Positions 23,468 to 35,631 of a stretch of 64,000 nucleotides of DNA are shown here, piece after piece. Each line of letters starts with the position of its first letter. Within the stretch, counting starts at the first letter, position 1. The DNA comes from Podarcis pityusensis (lineage: Eukaryota): the NCBI GenBank assembly GCA_964106645.2, contig OZ067051.1; one strand, given 5' to 3'. Made by a program: the position numbers and the translations under genes. The notes under the pieces were generated by a model. It searched no databases, was not told the DNA's origin, and saw nothing but the letters and a program-made list of their open reading frames with translations.

Positions 23468-26400
23468 TTTATATATATATTTGTTACCTGCCCTGGACCA
23501 TCAAGATTTCATTCCATTCACTTTTGCCAGCAAGTATGTTGGGGATGGGGAACCTGAAGCACTCCAGAAGTTGTTGGACTACAATTTCTATTGACATTGT
23601 CCATCAATTATGCTGGCTGGGACTGTTGGGTATTGTAGTGTAATAGCATCTAGAGGGCCACAGGCTCCTCATTCATGCTTTACAACATGCTGCTGTAGAT
23701 GACCACACAAGGTTGGCCAGTGGGAACTCTCGAATTACTATTCTATACATTCCTGATTGTGCTCGATGCTGATTCGTTTTAGCAGCATAAAGATGTTGTA
23801 AATTCACCTTTTAATGGAATGTGACTGCTGTGCTTGCTACTCTGCCCTGTGTTAATTGCGCTGACTCTGGAAACAAAGAGATCCTGGCTAATTCTAAGGT
23901 TTTGCTTATAGGTTTTTGTTTGCTCCTGAACTGCAAACAGATTTGCTTCCTCTGTGGAGACAGTGAGGTGCTTGATTGATCTGCTAGTTGCAGGGACACA
24001 CAACGAAGGGAATCTATTGATTGTACACAGCCAGCTGAACCTATTCTGTAATGCATTTAATTGTCCTTCATCAGAATGCATGTTACCTTGCCTGTTTTCT
24101 GTTTAGAAGGGGATTTGCTGAGTGTCTATTTAGTATTTTTTCTTTATTGCTGATGCAAATCTAATGTCTGAGAGTAGTCATTCTCTCTAACCCAGAGAAA
24201 ATGTAGGGATTTTATTCTCTAGAAAGCAATTTAAAGACTTCTCTCTTGTGCAAGAGGATTTATTTTTTAAACAAACATAACTATGCTTTGCATACCATTT
24301 TAAAAATTGGCTCTTGGGGATAGGGACTTTCTCCCTCTTAGCAGCCAGTTTTATTATTACAACTAAAACAAAAGTTGAATAAACCTAGTCTTAGAGAGGT
24401 GCTTCTTTTGCGAACAATTCTTTTTTTTAAAATCAACATTAAAAAAATCTAAGCAGTGTACAATACACACTAAAATGTAATATATGAGCATGGTATATCA
24501 TTAAGCACATCATAAAAAGATTTATACTCACATGCAATAACAGAAATATTAGAGTTATTTTGATAATACCAGGGGCTGCCATCCCTGCTCACTCTACTTT
24601 CCAAGTTCGCCTACCTACCACACTCCACAGCCCCTTGCCTTCCCCATCCTTTCACAGTGCCTTCAACTCCCATCTCCACCCCCTCTTCAACCCCATGCCT
24701 CATCTTCCCCTCACACATTGCGCCAGATGTTCCCCCTCTCCTCACTGCTCATTCCAACCCCCTTCCTTTACAGATTACACAAAACCTTCTGTCCTTTGCT
24801 TCAGCAGTCAGGCTGGGAAAGAGAAGGTTGCATCAGTGTGGATGGGCATGAGTTCAGGCCTTCCCACTCTCCCCCTGCTACTACCACTGTGAGAAGCTAG
24901 AGAAGGAAGGCTGCATTTCCCCCTTCTCCCACAGCAGCCTGCGGTGTGGCAGCAATAGGAAGAGTGGTGGAGCTGATGCACTTGCCTCTGGTTACCTCCT
25001 CACCCTCAAGGTTGCTCACCTGCTGAGGCAGATCCCCACCTATTTTCCAGCTTTGTTGCTGCTCTCTTCTTCCTCAGCCTCCTTGACTGCTGAGGCCAAA
25101 ATGGTGGTGCAGTGGCAGGAGAGCAGGATGGCTACTGGGGAGCTGCTCTGGCCTGAACATTGCTGTGCAGGTTGTTTGGGCTGCCCACCCGCTATGCCCC
25201 CCCCCTTGTTCACCTCCCTACTGTTCTCTTATCACATTGTAGTTGGTGTGGCCATGCAAACTGCAGCAAATCATTTTTTCTTGCTCTGTGTATATATAAA
25301 TAAATTCTGATCTATGATTCAGTGTAATAATTGCATTTCTGAACCTTTATGATGGATGCAAATGGATACACCAACAAAATATTAAGGATGGGGTACAATA
25401 TCCTCTTATTGGCTTGCTTCTAAAATATTTATACTATTTTTGTTTTGTTTAACAGTCATCCAGTAACAATCACTGTCTTGGTGACAGGGCTGGGTTAACC
25501 AGTAAATTCTATGCTCTGTTAGTGTTTCCTAAACTTGGGTCTCCAGCCGTTTTTGGACTACAATTCCCACCATCCCAACCTTTGATGCTCTCCTGCTTTC
25601 TGTTAAAATGTTGTCCGGTGCTATTTTTCTAGAGAAAGTGGTGCCATGAACTCACCCTTTTTCTCTTATAATGGCAATGGCGCCCACCTGAGAGGTACGA
25701 AAATTGAGTTCTGACTGAAAAAAGGGCCTTGTACTAGAATAGTAGTTCATCCAAACCTTTGATGCTCTCCTGCTCCCTGTTAAAATGGCCTAGCCTCAAA
25801 TTCCTTGCAATTTGCCCTTTGAGCATTCGAATGACATTTGCCTTATACCAAAAGCATAAACTAGACCCTTTTCTCTTAGATTGAGACACTGAGTGCCCTT
25901 GATACATGTTGTTGGAAAATTTCTCTTTGGATATGCAGGTTCTGTGGCAATTCCAGCAGTGGAATGGAAAGAAGCAGTTTTTAGATAAGTGTCCAGTTTT
26001 TTATCTTTGAAATTCAATTCAGCTGTGAGTGTTATGGATAGATAACTTTGAAAACAAGAGGATATGTCCTTTTCCCATCTTCTCTCCAGAGACTGTTGAA
26101 CGTGTTCTTAAGACAACATACTTCTAAGCGAGCCCTTCTGCAGGACTCGAGATTTCATATTGCTGTTTAGCTTTTTGATTAAAACAACATGTCTTGCCAC
26201 TGAAATATGTAAAAGAGGGATGCTTTAGTTTGTCTGAAAAAGCTGCCTGTTGTTACTTTGAAGTGTGTGGGTTCTGGCAGGCTGTGGCACCACTTTCAAC
26301 TCCTATAACTTTTAATGCAAGACCACAACAGTTAGAGCCCTCATGAAGCATGATTCCAAGAAACGTATTCCTAGCTCTTCTGCCTGACGTATTTCCTTCT

Positions 26401-26906
26401 CATTAAGGAATTAGAGATTGAAAGAAATAAGTGAGCTTGCCACTGCCACCCCTAGGCTCACTAAACAAGGAAATGCTCAGGGGAGCGGTATAGAGCACTG
26501 GCTTCTGGACATGGGCTCTTTGTGACAGGTTGCTGCTTAAGGATCTGGAGAGTCTCTGCCATTCAGAAGAAACAGTACTGGGCTAGATGGCTAAAAGGTC
26601 TGACCTGGTATGAGATAACTTATTATTTACTAGTCCAAACTCTTGTCTTCTTTGCAGAATCAAGATTCCTCGCAGTGGCTCAAATGAGTGGGACATAGTT
26701 GCATTGTTGAACTGTGTGGGAGTTGAGTAGACTGTGGGGAACTTTAGTTTTGAGATGGACTGAACAGTATTTCTGGTAGGGGACAGGTGATATTAGGTGG
26801 CAAGTTTTCCATATAATTGTGTGGATTGGAAAAACCTCTAATCCTGAGTGATTTGGTCATAACAGATCTTGGAATATCTTTGCTGAAGATGGCAAATTTT
26901 CTTCAG

Positions 26907-26938
<32 letters not shown>

Positions 26939-27065
26939 CAACAACAATAATAATTTTTTATTTATATGTCTCCCATCTGGCTGAGCTTTCCCAGCCACTC
27001 TGGGCGGTTTCCAACAAAATATTAAAATACAGTAATGCATCAAACATTAAAAGCTTCCCTAAACA
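26907..27065 (-). mobile_element. Lacertid-type L2 3' end with trinucleotide tail
   Basis: (AAT/AAC)n followed by CCCATCTGGCTGAGCTTTCCCAGCCACTCTGGGCGGTTTCCAAC...AAGCTTCCCTAAACA. Confidence 0.75.
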
Positions 27066-27256
27066 AAGTAGTGTATCATAGTACTGTTTATATGATTGAA
27101 ACAGTTTCACTCTCAGACATAATGAAGATCTGAGGGTTCTCTTTTAACACACCTGCTATATGGCTTGTGACAATGGAATTTTCATGTAAGTATAACATAC
27201 AGTAGGGGACTTTGTCCACTGTCAGTTATAGCTCTTGCTCTTCTTGATATGATATA

Positions 27257-28440
27257 TAATCATGGGGGAAAGAAAGTGCACCCTCTTTGAATTCTGTGGT
27301 TTTACATACGAAGACATAATAACAATAATTTGTTCCTTAGCAGGTCTTAAAATTAGGTAAATACAGCCTCAGATGAACAATAACACATGGCATATTACCT
27401 GCGTCATTATTTATTTAACAAAAATAAAGTCAAAATGGAAAAGTTGTATGTGAAAAACTAAGTACACCTTATGATTCAATAGCTTGTAGAACCACCTTTA
27501 GGAGCAATAACATGAAGCAATTGTTTTCTATAGGACTTTATCTGTCTCTCATGTCATTGTAGGGGAATTTTGGCCCATTCTTCTTTACAACTTTGCTTCA
27601 GTTCATTGAAGTTTGCTGGCATTTGTTTATGCACAGCTCTCTTAAGGTCCCACACAGCATTTCAATTGGGTTGAGGTCTGGATTTTGACTGGGCCATTGT
27701 TAACACCTTGATTCTGTTCTTTTTCAGCAGTTCTGTTGTAGATGTGCTGATGTTCTTGGGATCCTTGTCCTATTGCATGACCTAATTTCAGCCAAGCTTC
27801 AGCTGTTGGGCAGATGGCCACACATTTGACTGTACAGTGGTACCTCAGTTTAAGAACTTAATTCGTTCCGGAGGTCTGTTTTTAACCTGAAACTGTTCTT
27901 AACCTGAAGCACCACTTTAGCTAATGGGGCCTCCCACTGCCGCCGCGCTGCTGGAGCACAATTTCTGTTCTTCTCCTGAAGCAAAGTTCTTAACCCAAGG
28001 TACTATTTCTGGGTTAGCGGAGTCTGTAACCTGAAGCGTATGTAACCTGAAGCATATGTAACCCGAGGTACCACTGTAGAATACTTTAGTATACAGAGGA
28101 GTTCATGGTTGACTCAATGACTGCAAGGTTCCCAGGTTCTGTAGCTGCAAAACAACCCCAAATCATCACCCTTCCACCACCGTGTTTGACAGTTGTGCTG
28201 ACATGCTGTGTTTGGTTTTTGCTAAACGTGGCACTGTGCGTTATAGCCAAACATCTCCACTTTGGTCTCATCTATCCAAAGGACATTGTTTCAGAAGTCT
28301 TGTGTTTTGTTCAGATGCAACTTTGCAAACCAAAGCTGTGCTGCCATGTTCTTTTTAGAAAAACAAGGCTTTCTCCTGGAAACCCTTACAAACAAACTAT
28401 ACTTGTTTCAGTCTTTTCCTAATAGTACTGTCATGAACTA
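27257..28440 (-). mobile_element. Tc1 (DD34E) transposon relic: 3' half of transposase plus one IR/DR-type TIR
   Basis: Minus strand encodes NVLWIDETKVE, TVKHGGGRVMIWGCF, Q*DKDPK and WPSQNPDLNPIE, with 34 residues between D and E after one frameshift. Stops present. Direct repeats AAAGTGCACCCT (~27273) and TAAGTACACCTT (~27459). Confidence 0.9.
27835..28076. mobile_element. Tigger/pogo-type MITE, family A, inserted in the Tc1 transposase
   Basis: TA|CAGTGGTACCTCAGTTTAAG ... GTAACCCGAGGTACCACTG|TA. The Tc1 coding sequence rejoins across the TA. Confidence 0.92.
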
Positions 28441-28449
28441 TGTTGTTGT

Positions 28450-30474
28450 TTAGTCGTTTAGTCGTGTCTGACTCTTCGTGACCCCATGGACCAGAGCACG
28501 CCAGGCACTCCTGTCTTCCACTGCCTCCTGCAGTTTAGTCAAACTCATGCTGGTAGCTTCGAGAACACCGTCCAACCATCTCGTCCTCTGTCGTCCCCTT
28601 CTCCTTGTGCCCTCAGTCTTTCCCAACATCAGGGTCTTTTCCAGGGAGTCTTCTCTTCTCATGAGGTGGCCAAAGTATTGGAGCCTCAGCTTCACGATCT
28701 GTCCTTCCAGTGAGCACTCAGGGCTGATTTCCTTCAGAATGGATACGTTTGATCTTCTTGCAGTCCATGGGACTCTCAAGAGTCTCCTCCAGCACCATAA
28801 TTCAAAAGCATCAATTCTTCGGCGATCAGCCTTCTTTATGGTCCAGCTCTCACTTCCATACATCACTTCTGGGAAAACCATGGCTTTTACTACACGGACC
28901 TTTGTTGGCAAGGTGATGTCTCTGCTTTTTAAGATGCTGTCTAGGTTTGCCATCGCCTTTCTCCCAAGGAGCAGGCGTCTTTTAATTTCGTGACTGCTGT
29001 CACCATCTGCAGTGATCATGGAGCCCAAGAAAGTAAAATCTCTCACTGCCTCCATTTCTTCCCCTTCCATTTGCCAGGAGGTGATGGGCCCAGTGGCCAT
29101 GATCTTCGTTTTTTTGATGTTGAGCTTCAGACCATATTTTGTGCTCTCCTCTTTCACCCTCATTAAAAAGTTCTTTAATTCCTCCTCACTTTCTGCCATC
29201 AAGGTTGTGTCATCTGCATATCTGAGGTTGTTGATATTTCTTCCGGCGATCTTAATTCCGGCTTGGGATTCATCCAGCCCAGCCTTTCTCATGATGAATT
29301 CTGCATATAAGTTAAATAAGCAGGGAGACAATATACAGCCTTGCTGTACTCCTTTCCCAATTTTGAACCAATCAGTTGTTCCATATCCAGTTCTAACTGT
29401 AGCTTCTTGTCCCACATAGAGATTTCTCAAGAGACAGATGAGGTGATCAGGCACTCCTATTTCTTTAAGAACTTGCCATAGTTTGCTGTGGTCAACACAG
29501 TCAAAGGCTTTGGCATAGTCAATGAAGCAGAAGTAGGTGTCTTTCTGGAACTCTCTAGCTTTCTCCATAATCCAGCGCATGTTTGCAATTTGGTCTCTGG
29601 TTCCTCTGCCCCTTCGAAATCCAGCTTGCACTTCTGGGAGTTCTCGGTCCACATACTGCTTAAGCCTGCCTTGTAGAATTTTAAGCATAACCTTGCTAGT
29701 GTGTGAAATGAGTGCAATTGTGCGGTAGTTGGAGCATTCTTTGGCACTGCCCTTCTTTGGGATTGGGATGTAGACTGATCTTCTCCAATCCTCTGGCCAC
29801 TGCTGAGTTTTCCAAATTTGCTGGCATATTGAGTGTAGCACCTTAACAGCATCATCTTTTAAAATTTTAAATAGTTCAGCTGGAATATCATCACGTCCAC
29901 TGGCCTTGTTATTAGCAGTGTTTTCTAAGGCCCATTTGACTTCACTCTCCAGGATGTCTGGCTCAAGGTCAGCAATCACACTACCTGGGGTGTACGAGAC
30001 ATCCATTTCTTTCTGGTATAGTTCCTCTGTGTATTCTTGCCACCTCTTCTTGATGTCTTCTGCTTCTGTTAGGTCCTTTCCACTTTTGTCTTTTATTATG
30101 GCAATCTTTGTACGAAATGTTCCTTTCATATCTCCAATTTTCTTGAACAGATCTCTGGTTTTTCCCATTCTATTGTTTTTCTCTATTTCTTTGCATTGCT
30201 CGTTTAAGAAGGCCTTCTTGTCTCTCCTTGCTATTTTTTGGAAATCTGCATTCAATTTCCTGTATCTTTCACTATCTCCCTCGCATTTTGCTTGCCTTCT
30301 CTCCCCCGCTATTTGTAAGGCCTCGTTGGACAGCCACTTTGCTTTCTTGCATTTCCTTTTAATTGGGATGGTTTTAGTTGCTGCCTCCTGTATAATGTTG
30401 CGAGCCTCCATCCATAGTTCTTCAGGCACTCTGTCCACCAAATCTAAATCCTTAAACCTGTTCCTCACTTCCAC
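28450..30474 (-). CDS. BovB reverse-transcriptase portion, 674-aa open frame
   Basis: Motifs NYRTIALISH, FIDYAKAFDCV, GVQQGCILSP, LRYADD, FTFLGS. Confidence 0.93.
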   Translation of the reverse strand: MEVRNRFKDLDLVDRVPEELWMEARNIIQEAATKTIPIKRKCKKAKWLSNEALQIAGERRQAKCEGDSERYRKLNADFQKIARRDKKAFLNEQCKEIEKNNRMGKTRDLFKKIGDMKGTFRTKIAIIKDKSGKDLTEAEDIKKRWQEYTEELYQKEMDVSYTPGSVIADLEPDILESEVKWALENTANNKASGRDDIPAELFKILKDDAVKVLHSICQQIWKTQQWPEDWRRSVYIPIPKKGSAKECSNYRTIALISHTSKVMLKILQGRLKQYVDRELPEVQAGFRRGRGTRDQIANMRWIMEKAREFQKDTYFCFIDYAKAFDCVDHSKLWQVLKEIGVPDHLICLLRNLYVGQEATVRTGYGTTDWFKIGKGVQQGCILSPCLFNLYAEFIMRKAGLDESQAGIKIAGRNINNLRYADDTTLMAESEEELKNFLMRVKEESTKYGLKLNIKKTKIMATGPITSWQMEGEEMEAVRDFTFLGSMITADGDSSHEIKRRLLLGRKAMANLDSILKSRDITLPTKVRVVKAMVFPEVMYGSESWTIKKADRRRIDAFELWCWRRLLRVPWTARRSNVSILKEISPECSLEGQIVKLRLQYFGHLMRREDSLEKTLMLGKTEGTRRRGRQRTRWLDGVLEATSMSLTKLQEAVEDRSAWRALVHGVTKSQTRLND

Positions 30475-30677
30475 TGCATATTCATAAGGAATTTGACTTA
30501 GATTGTATCTTACCGGCCCAGTGGATTTTCCTACTTTCTTCAGTTTAAGCTTGAATTTTGCTATAAGAAGCTAATGATCTGAGCCACAGTCAGCTCCAGG
30601 TCTTGTATAGAGCTTCTCCATCTTTGGCTGCAGAGAATATAATCAATCTGATTTCGATGCTGCTCATCTGGTGATGT

Positions 30678-31394
30678 CTATGTGTAGAGTCGTCTCTTGT
30701 GTTGTTGGAAAAGAGTGTTTGTGATGACCAGCTTGTTCTCTTGGCAGAACTCTCTTAGCCTTTGCCCTGCTTCGTTCTGAACTCCAAGGCCAAACTTGCC
30801 AGTTGTTCCTTTTATCTCTTGACTCCAATCCCCTATAATGAGAAGAACATCCTTCTTTGGTGTCATTTCTATAAGGTGTTGTAAGTCTTCATAGAATTGG
30901 TCAATTTCAGTTTCTTCAGCACCAGTGGTTGGTGCATAAACTTGGATTACTGTGATGTTAAAAGGTCTGCCTTGGATTCGTATCGAGATCATTCTATCAT
31001 TTTTGAGATTGCATCCCAGTACAGCTTTTGCCACTCTTTTGTTGACTATGAGGGCCACTCCATTTCTTTTACGGGATTCTTGCCCACAGTAGTAGATATG
31101 ATGGTCATCTGAACTGAATTTGCCCATTCCCGTCCATTTTAGTTCACTGATGCCCAGGATGTCAATATTTATTCTTGCCACCTCAGTTTTGACCACATCC
31201 AACTTACCAAGGTTCATGGTTCTTACATTCCAGGTTCCTATGCAATATTTTTCTTTACAGCATTGGACTTTCCTTTCGCTTCCAGGCATATCCGCAACTG
31301 AGCATCCTTTCGGCTTTGGCTCTGAATCTACTTGTACTTGTCCTCCGCTCTTCCTCAGTAGCATGTTGGATGCCTTCCGACCTGAGGGGCTCAT
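30678..31394 (-). pseudogene. BovB APE endonuclease portion, separated from RT by a stop and small deletions
   Basis: IGTWNVRT, DILGISELKW, QVYAPT, and IIGDW with the following NAKVG deleted. Stop follows RRLYT. Confidence 0.9.
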
Positions 31395-31619
31395 CTTCCA
31401 GCGTCATAACTTTTATATGCCTGTTCTCTTTGTCCATGGAGTTTTCTTGGCAGGGATACTGGAGTGGCTTGCCAGTTCCTGCTCCAGGTGGATCACGTTT
31501 GGTCAAAACTCTCCACTATGACCTGTCCATCTTGGGTGGCCCTGCACGGCATAGCTCATAGCTTCTCTGAGTTATTCAAGCCCCTTCGCCACGGCCAGGC
31601 AGTGATCCATGAAGGGGTG

Positions 31620-31620
<1 letters not shown>

Positions 31621-31663
<43 letters not shown>

Positions 31664-31705
31664 ATTTTTATACCCTGCCCATCCACTCTGGGCGGATCCC
31701 AGCGG
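31621..31705 (-). repeat. (CAA)n microsatellite forming the tail of a short L2 3' fragment
   Basis: (CAA)n followed by TTTTTATACCCTGCCCATCCACTCTGGGCGG, similar to 26950-27010. Confidence 0.75.
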
Positions 31706-32737
31706 CTCCTCCCCGGCTCCTCCCAACACCCTGTTGTCATGTGCACAACGTTGGCTCCCCAATCACCCTTGCAAACTGGGGTCTCTGGTTAGGTGAACCC
31801 TGTTCCCCTCACAGAGTTCCATGGAAAGACAGATGAACTGGTAAACCACTTTGGGAGCTAAAGTTCTGTAAAGGGAATAGGGATCTTCTAACAACTCACT
31901 GCACCTATAAAAAACTACAAACAACTGTATAAAGTGGCGTGATACTATTTTAACTGTACAGTGCAGATAAGGCCTATGTCTATATATGAGAAGGCCAACA
32001 TATTGTACAGTTGGGCTGTCCAGTGATCTCTTGGTTGCTCTGCAAATACTTGCTCTATATTAACCAGCCTTTAATTAACAATGAAATGGATGGAGGCTCC
32101 CCTGAATACTGCTGTGGTTATGTTTGATCCTCTAAAAAAGAAAAAAGAGCAGAAAAAGCACTTATGGTCTGTTTACCTAGAGAGATGCTTTTCCTTTTCC
32201 TTTTGCCCCGGAGGTGATTTGGCTACGGAAGAATTGTCGGGAGTAAATGAAATACTGTAGGAGTGGAAATCTGCCTGCTCAGCATGAGGTGATGTTTCTT
32301 TGCAAAAATACCACCTAGTTACAAGAAATGTAAGATTTCTACCTTTTAGTGTGGGGAAATACATGGTTGTTCCTTGTCAACCACTTAGCAATCTGCAGAG
32401 AAGGGTATGAAACCAACTATTAGTTTTATTATGATTATTATTTTGTCTTGATTGGTACATTTGTTGACACCCAAGGGAAATAGCTGGCTGGCTAGGTGTG
32501 TTCCCTGTGTTTTGTTCTGAGGTGCTCTTTGCTACATGTCGTTCAATGATATTAAGGGGAAAGTGGCGTAATGACATAGTAAGGAAAGCTCTATATGTAG
32601 CCTAGTGTTTGGAAGACTATATATCTACAGTAAATTAAATTCTGTAGGTTGCAGAAGCTCTTTCTTTTTTTAAAGAAAGGATCAATGGAAAAGGCAGTTC
32701 TTGGGATAATCTGGACCTCTCAAGTTGTTGAATGATC

Positions 32738-33694
32738 AACAGCAACAAGGACTTTATTTGCGTAGCCAACAGGCCATAGCATCAAAGGACAAACACCGAC
32801 AAAAATACATTACAAATATAGTTACCATATAATCTTATGGCCTATTAAAACCCTAGGTAAAACCTGGATTATCATTCATCAATGACCCTCTGTCCCATGG
32901 GCAGCGGCCTTTTCTCTGGTAGGTTGTTCCAGGTCGGTTAAGTAAATAGACCAGCCAAATTGAAAGATTATAAATATAAATATAAACTTGGGGGATGGTC
33001 AGGACAGGGAGAAAGATAATAATAACCAGATGCAGATAAGTTAATAATCTCAGTACAGTGGTGCCTCGCAAGACGAAATTAATCCGTTCCGCGAGTATCT
33101 TCGTCTAGCGGTTTTTTCGTCTTGCGAAGAAACCCTCTTAGCGGCTTAGCGGATTAGCGCTATTAGCGGTTTAGCGGCTATTAAAGGCTTAGCGGATTAG
33201 CGGATTAGCTGCTAAAAGGCTATTAAAGGCTTAGCAGCTTAGAAAAAGGGGGGGAAAGCGGAAAAAAAATCTCAAGACTCGCAAGACATTTTCGTCTTGC
33301 GAAGCAAGCCCATAGGGAAATTCGTCCTGCGAAGCGCATTGAAAACGGAAAACCCTTTCGTCTAGCGGGTTTTCCGTCTTGCGAGGCATTCGTCTTGCGG
33401 GGCACCACTGTACTTAAAACTTGGCAGAGATAATAAAATACTAATAATAAAACATAATGATAATAATGATAAGATCCTAGGCGAGGAATCCGGGTGACGA
33501 CACTGATGTCATTCAGATGGCAGCTCTCAGTCTCATTGCTCTCTCGATAAATTTAGCAACCTTCTCTGTTGTCGAGCTGTTCTGGTCGGCTAGGAGTGAG
33601 AACAATTTGGCTTCGCAAGAGCGGCCCGGGATGGCAGATAGGAGCGGCGTGATGGTCTCGTCCCTGAGATCTTTATATAGGGAACAAGACAAGG
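32738..33694 (-). mobile_element. 5'-truncated RTE-X-type LINE, family B
   Basis: C-terminal peptide CSLYKDLRDETITPLL...LLADQN...VAKFIERAMRLR resembles the ORF ends at 49143 and 60114. 3' end ATGCTATGGCCTGTTGGCTACGCAAATAAA. TSD GAATGATC at 32730-32737 and 33695-33702. Confidence 0.8.
33056..33410. mobile_element. Tigger/pogo-type MITE, family B, with internal TTAGCGG repeats
   Basis: TA|CAGTGGTGCCTCGCAAGACGAA ... TTCGTCTTGCGGGGCACCACTG|TA. CpGs are retained, so it is young. Confidence 0.92.
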
Positions 33695-34528
33695 GAATGA
33701 TCTGTAGTTTATCTGAACATAATATTGTTGTCATGTGCACCAGACCTGTCTGGTATTTAGTGTGCAGCACCTATATAGCAGTACAGGTCAGACATGCAAG
33801 GCACCCAGTGGTATGGTCCAAAAATCACTTGAGCTAGCTAGGCATTTTTCCTGTTTGCGCATCTAAAGGTCAAGCCCTTACATGCTTCTATATCTTTCCT
33901 TTTACACAAGTCTCTGTTCTCTCTTTGATTCCCTCTTAAGCTTGCCTTACAGCATGATTACAATAAGATTAAAATGATTATATCAGAATCATAATTATAT
34001 GAAAATAAAATGGTGCCTATGTGGTTCAGGATGGCGTTTGTCTTACTTTAACTATAACAAAGTTATAATTGGATAGGTTTAATTGGCTTTTAAATAAATG
34101 CAATTAATTGTTACTATTTTGAGTTTTATTGTGTCATTATCTTCCTTAGTGGGTCATGCAAACAGTTATTGTGAATAATGCTTTTTTATTAAGGTAAGGG
34201 TCACTGGGGAAGAGTTATTGCATCAAAGGGGGAGGTGACCTGAAAAAGTTGGGGAACTACTGCTTTAGAGTATAACTGGAGGAGGAGGGGAGAGGATGAC
34301 CCTAAGACTCACTGCAACTCCTTCCTTTTTATGTAGGAACAAGCTCAATCTGTTTTTCTTCTTGAACTTAAACAGCATAGGGATATGACCTTTCTCTAAC
34401 AATGAAATACCTTGTGTTGCGCAGAGCTAAATCTGTGAAAGTAAAGTAGGGAGTTATCTTGCTTCCTATAGAGCAGATATGTAGAACCTTTGGCCCTCCG
34501 GATGTTGCTGAACTACAACTCCTACCAT

Positions 34529-35592
34529 GTGGCTGGATGGTTTCGTGGGAGCCGATTGGAACTAAATCCTTTGAAGATAGAGGTCCTCTGGCTGGGTCGG
34601 GATGAGGGACCAACTCCCTTCTCTTGCGGGGGCCCGGTTAGTGCCAGTGCCTTCATTAAGAGTTTGGGTGTAATCCTTGACATCTCGCTTTCCACAGAGG
34701 CGCAGGTTACAGCAACAGCTAAGGCGACATTTTTCCACCTTCACCACATTAAGCAGTTGGTCCCATACCTTTCCCGCCCCAATCTGGCCACAGTGATCCA
34801 TGGCAGCAGTCACCTTCAGGCTTGACTACTGTAATTCGCTCTAGGCGGGGCTGCCCTTGAAACTGTCCCAGAAACTCCAGCAAGTGCAGAATGCTGCAGC
34901 AAGGCTCCTTACGGGGTCCCTGCCATGGGAGCATATACACCCAGTGCTTTACCAGTTGCACTGGCTCCCAGTGGAGTATAGGGTCAGGTTCAAGGTATTG
35001 GTTTTGACCTTTAAAGCCCTTTGTGGCTTAGGGCCCTCATATTTACGGGACTGCCTCTCCTGGTATGCCCCGCAGAGGACCTTGAGGTTCATGAATAACC
35101 ATAGTTTAGAGGTCCCGGGCCCTAAGGAAATCAGACTATCCTCCACCAGGGTGGCTCTGACCTGGTGGAATGCTCTGTCCCATGAGACCAGGGCCCTACA
35201 GGATTTAACCTCCTTTCGCCGGGCCTGTAAGACAGAGCTATTCCACCTGGCCTTTAATTTGAATTCAGCCTGATCATTTATTTCCCTTCTCTTCCCTCCC
35301 CCTTCCCTTTTATGAAGATCACCCGCTCTGGGACCCCACAGCTAATTCTCCCCTGGCCTCCACGCTGGCCCAAGTAGGACTAATTCAGCCAGCTAGCCCT
35401 GGTGACCATCTAATGTTTATTGGATGGATTTTCCCCAAATTGATTTTTGAACTTTGAATTGTATTGTTATTCATGTTTTTATACTGTATTTTATGCTGCT
35501 TCTATGTTGTATTACAATTAAGTGTTTTAAATTTGTTGTTAGCTGCCCTGAGCCCAGTTTTCTGAACCGGGAAGGGCAGGGTATAAATAAAA

Positions 35593-35631
<39 letters not shown>
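34529..35631 (+). mobile_element. 5'-truncated L2 LINE inserted in a hAT-type MITE
   Basis: LELNPLKIEVL, KSLGVILD, QVQNAAARLLTG, LHWLPVEYRVRFKVL. (TTA)n tail. MITE halves at ~34475-34528 and ~35632-35720. Confidence 0.92.

Larger units (their letters stand above)
28441..31617 (-). mobile_element. Full-length BovB (RTE-clade) LINE
   Basis: About 3.2 kb. 5' UTR has Bov-A-like GGCAAGCCACTCCAGTATCCCTGCCAAGAAAACTCCATGGAC. EN and RT domains present. Tail GACTAAACGACTAAACAACAAC. Probable TSD TGAAC(T/A)A at 28434-28440 and 31618-31624. Confidence 0.97.

Noticed and set aside
24550-25260. Pyrimidine/GC-rich tract with proline-rich ORFs
   Set aside because: Low complexity; probably a decayed repeat, but no termini or motifs were identifiable.
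28478-30487. Several + strand ORFs of 60-193 aa
   Set aside because: Antisense shadows of the BovB RT frame.
32525-32585. Imperfect hairpin as a possible pre-miRNA
   Set aside because: Short interrupted stem with a large loop and no recognisable mature sequence.
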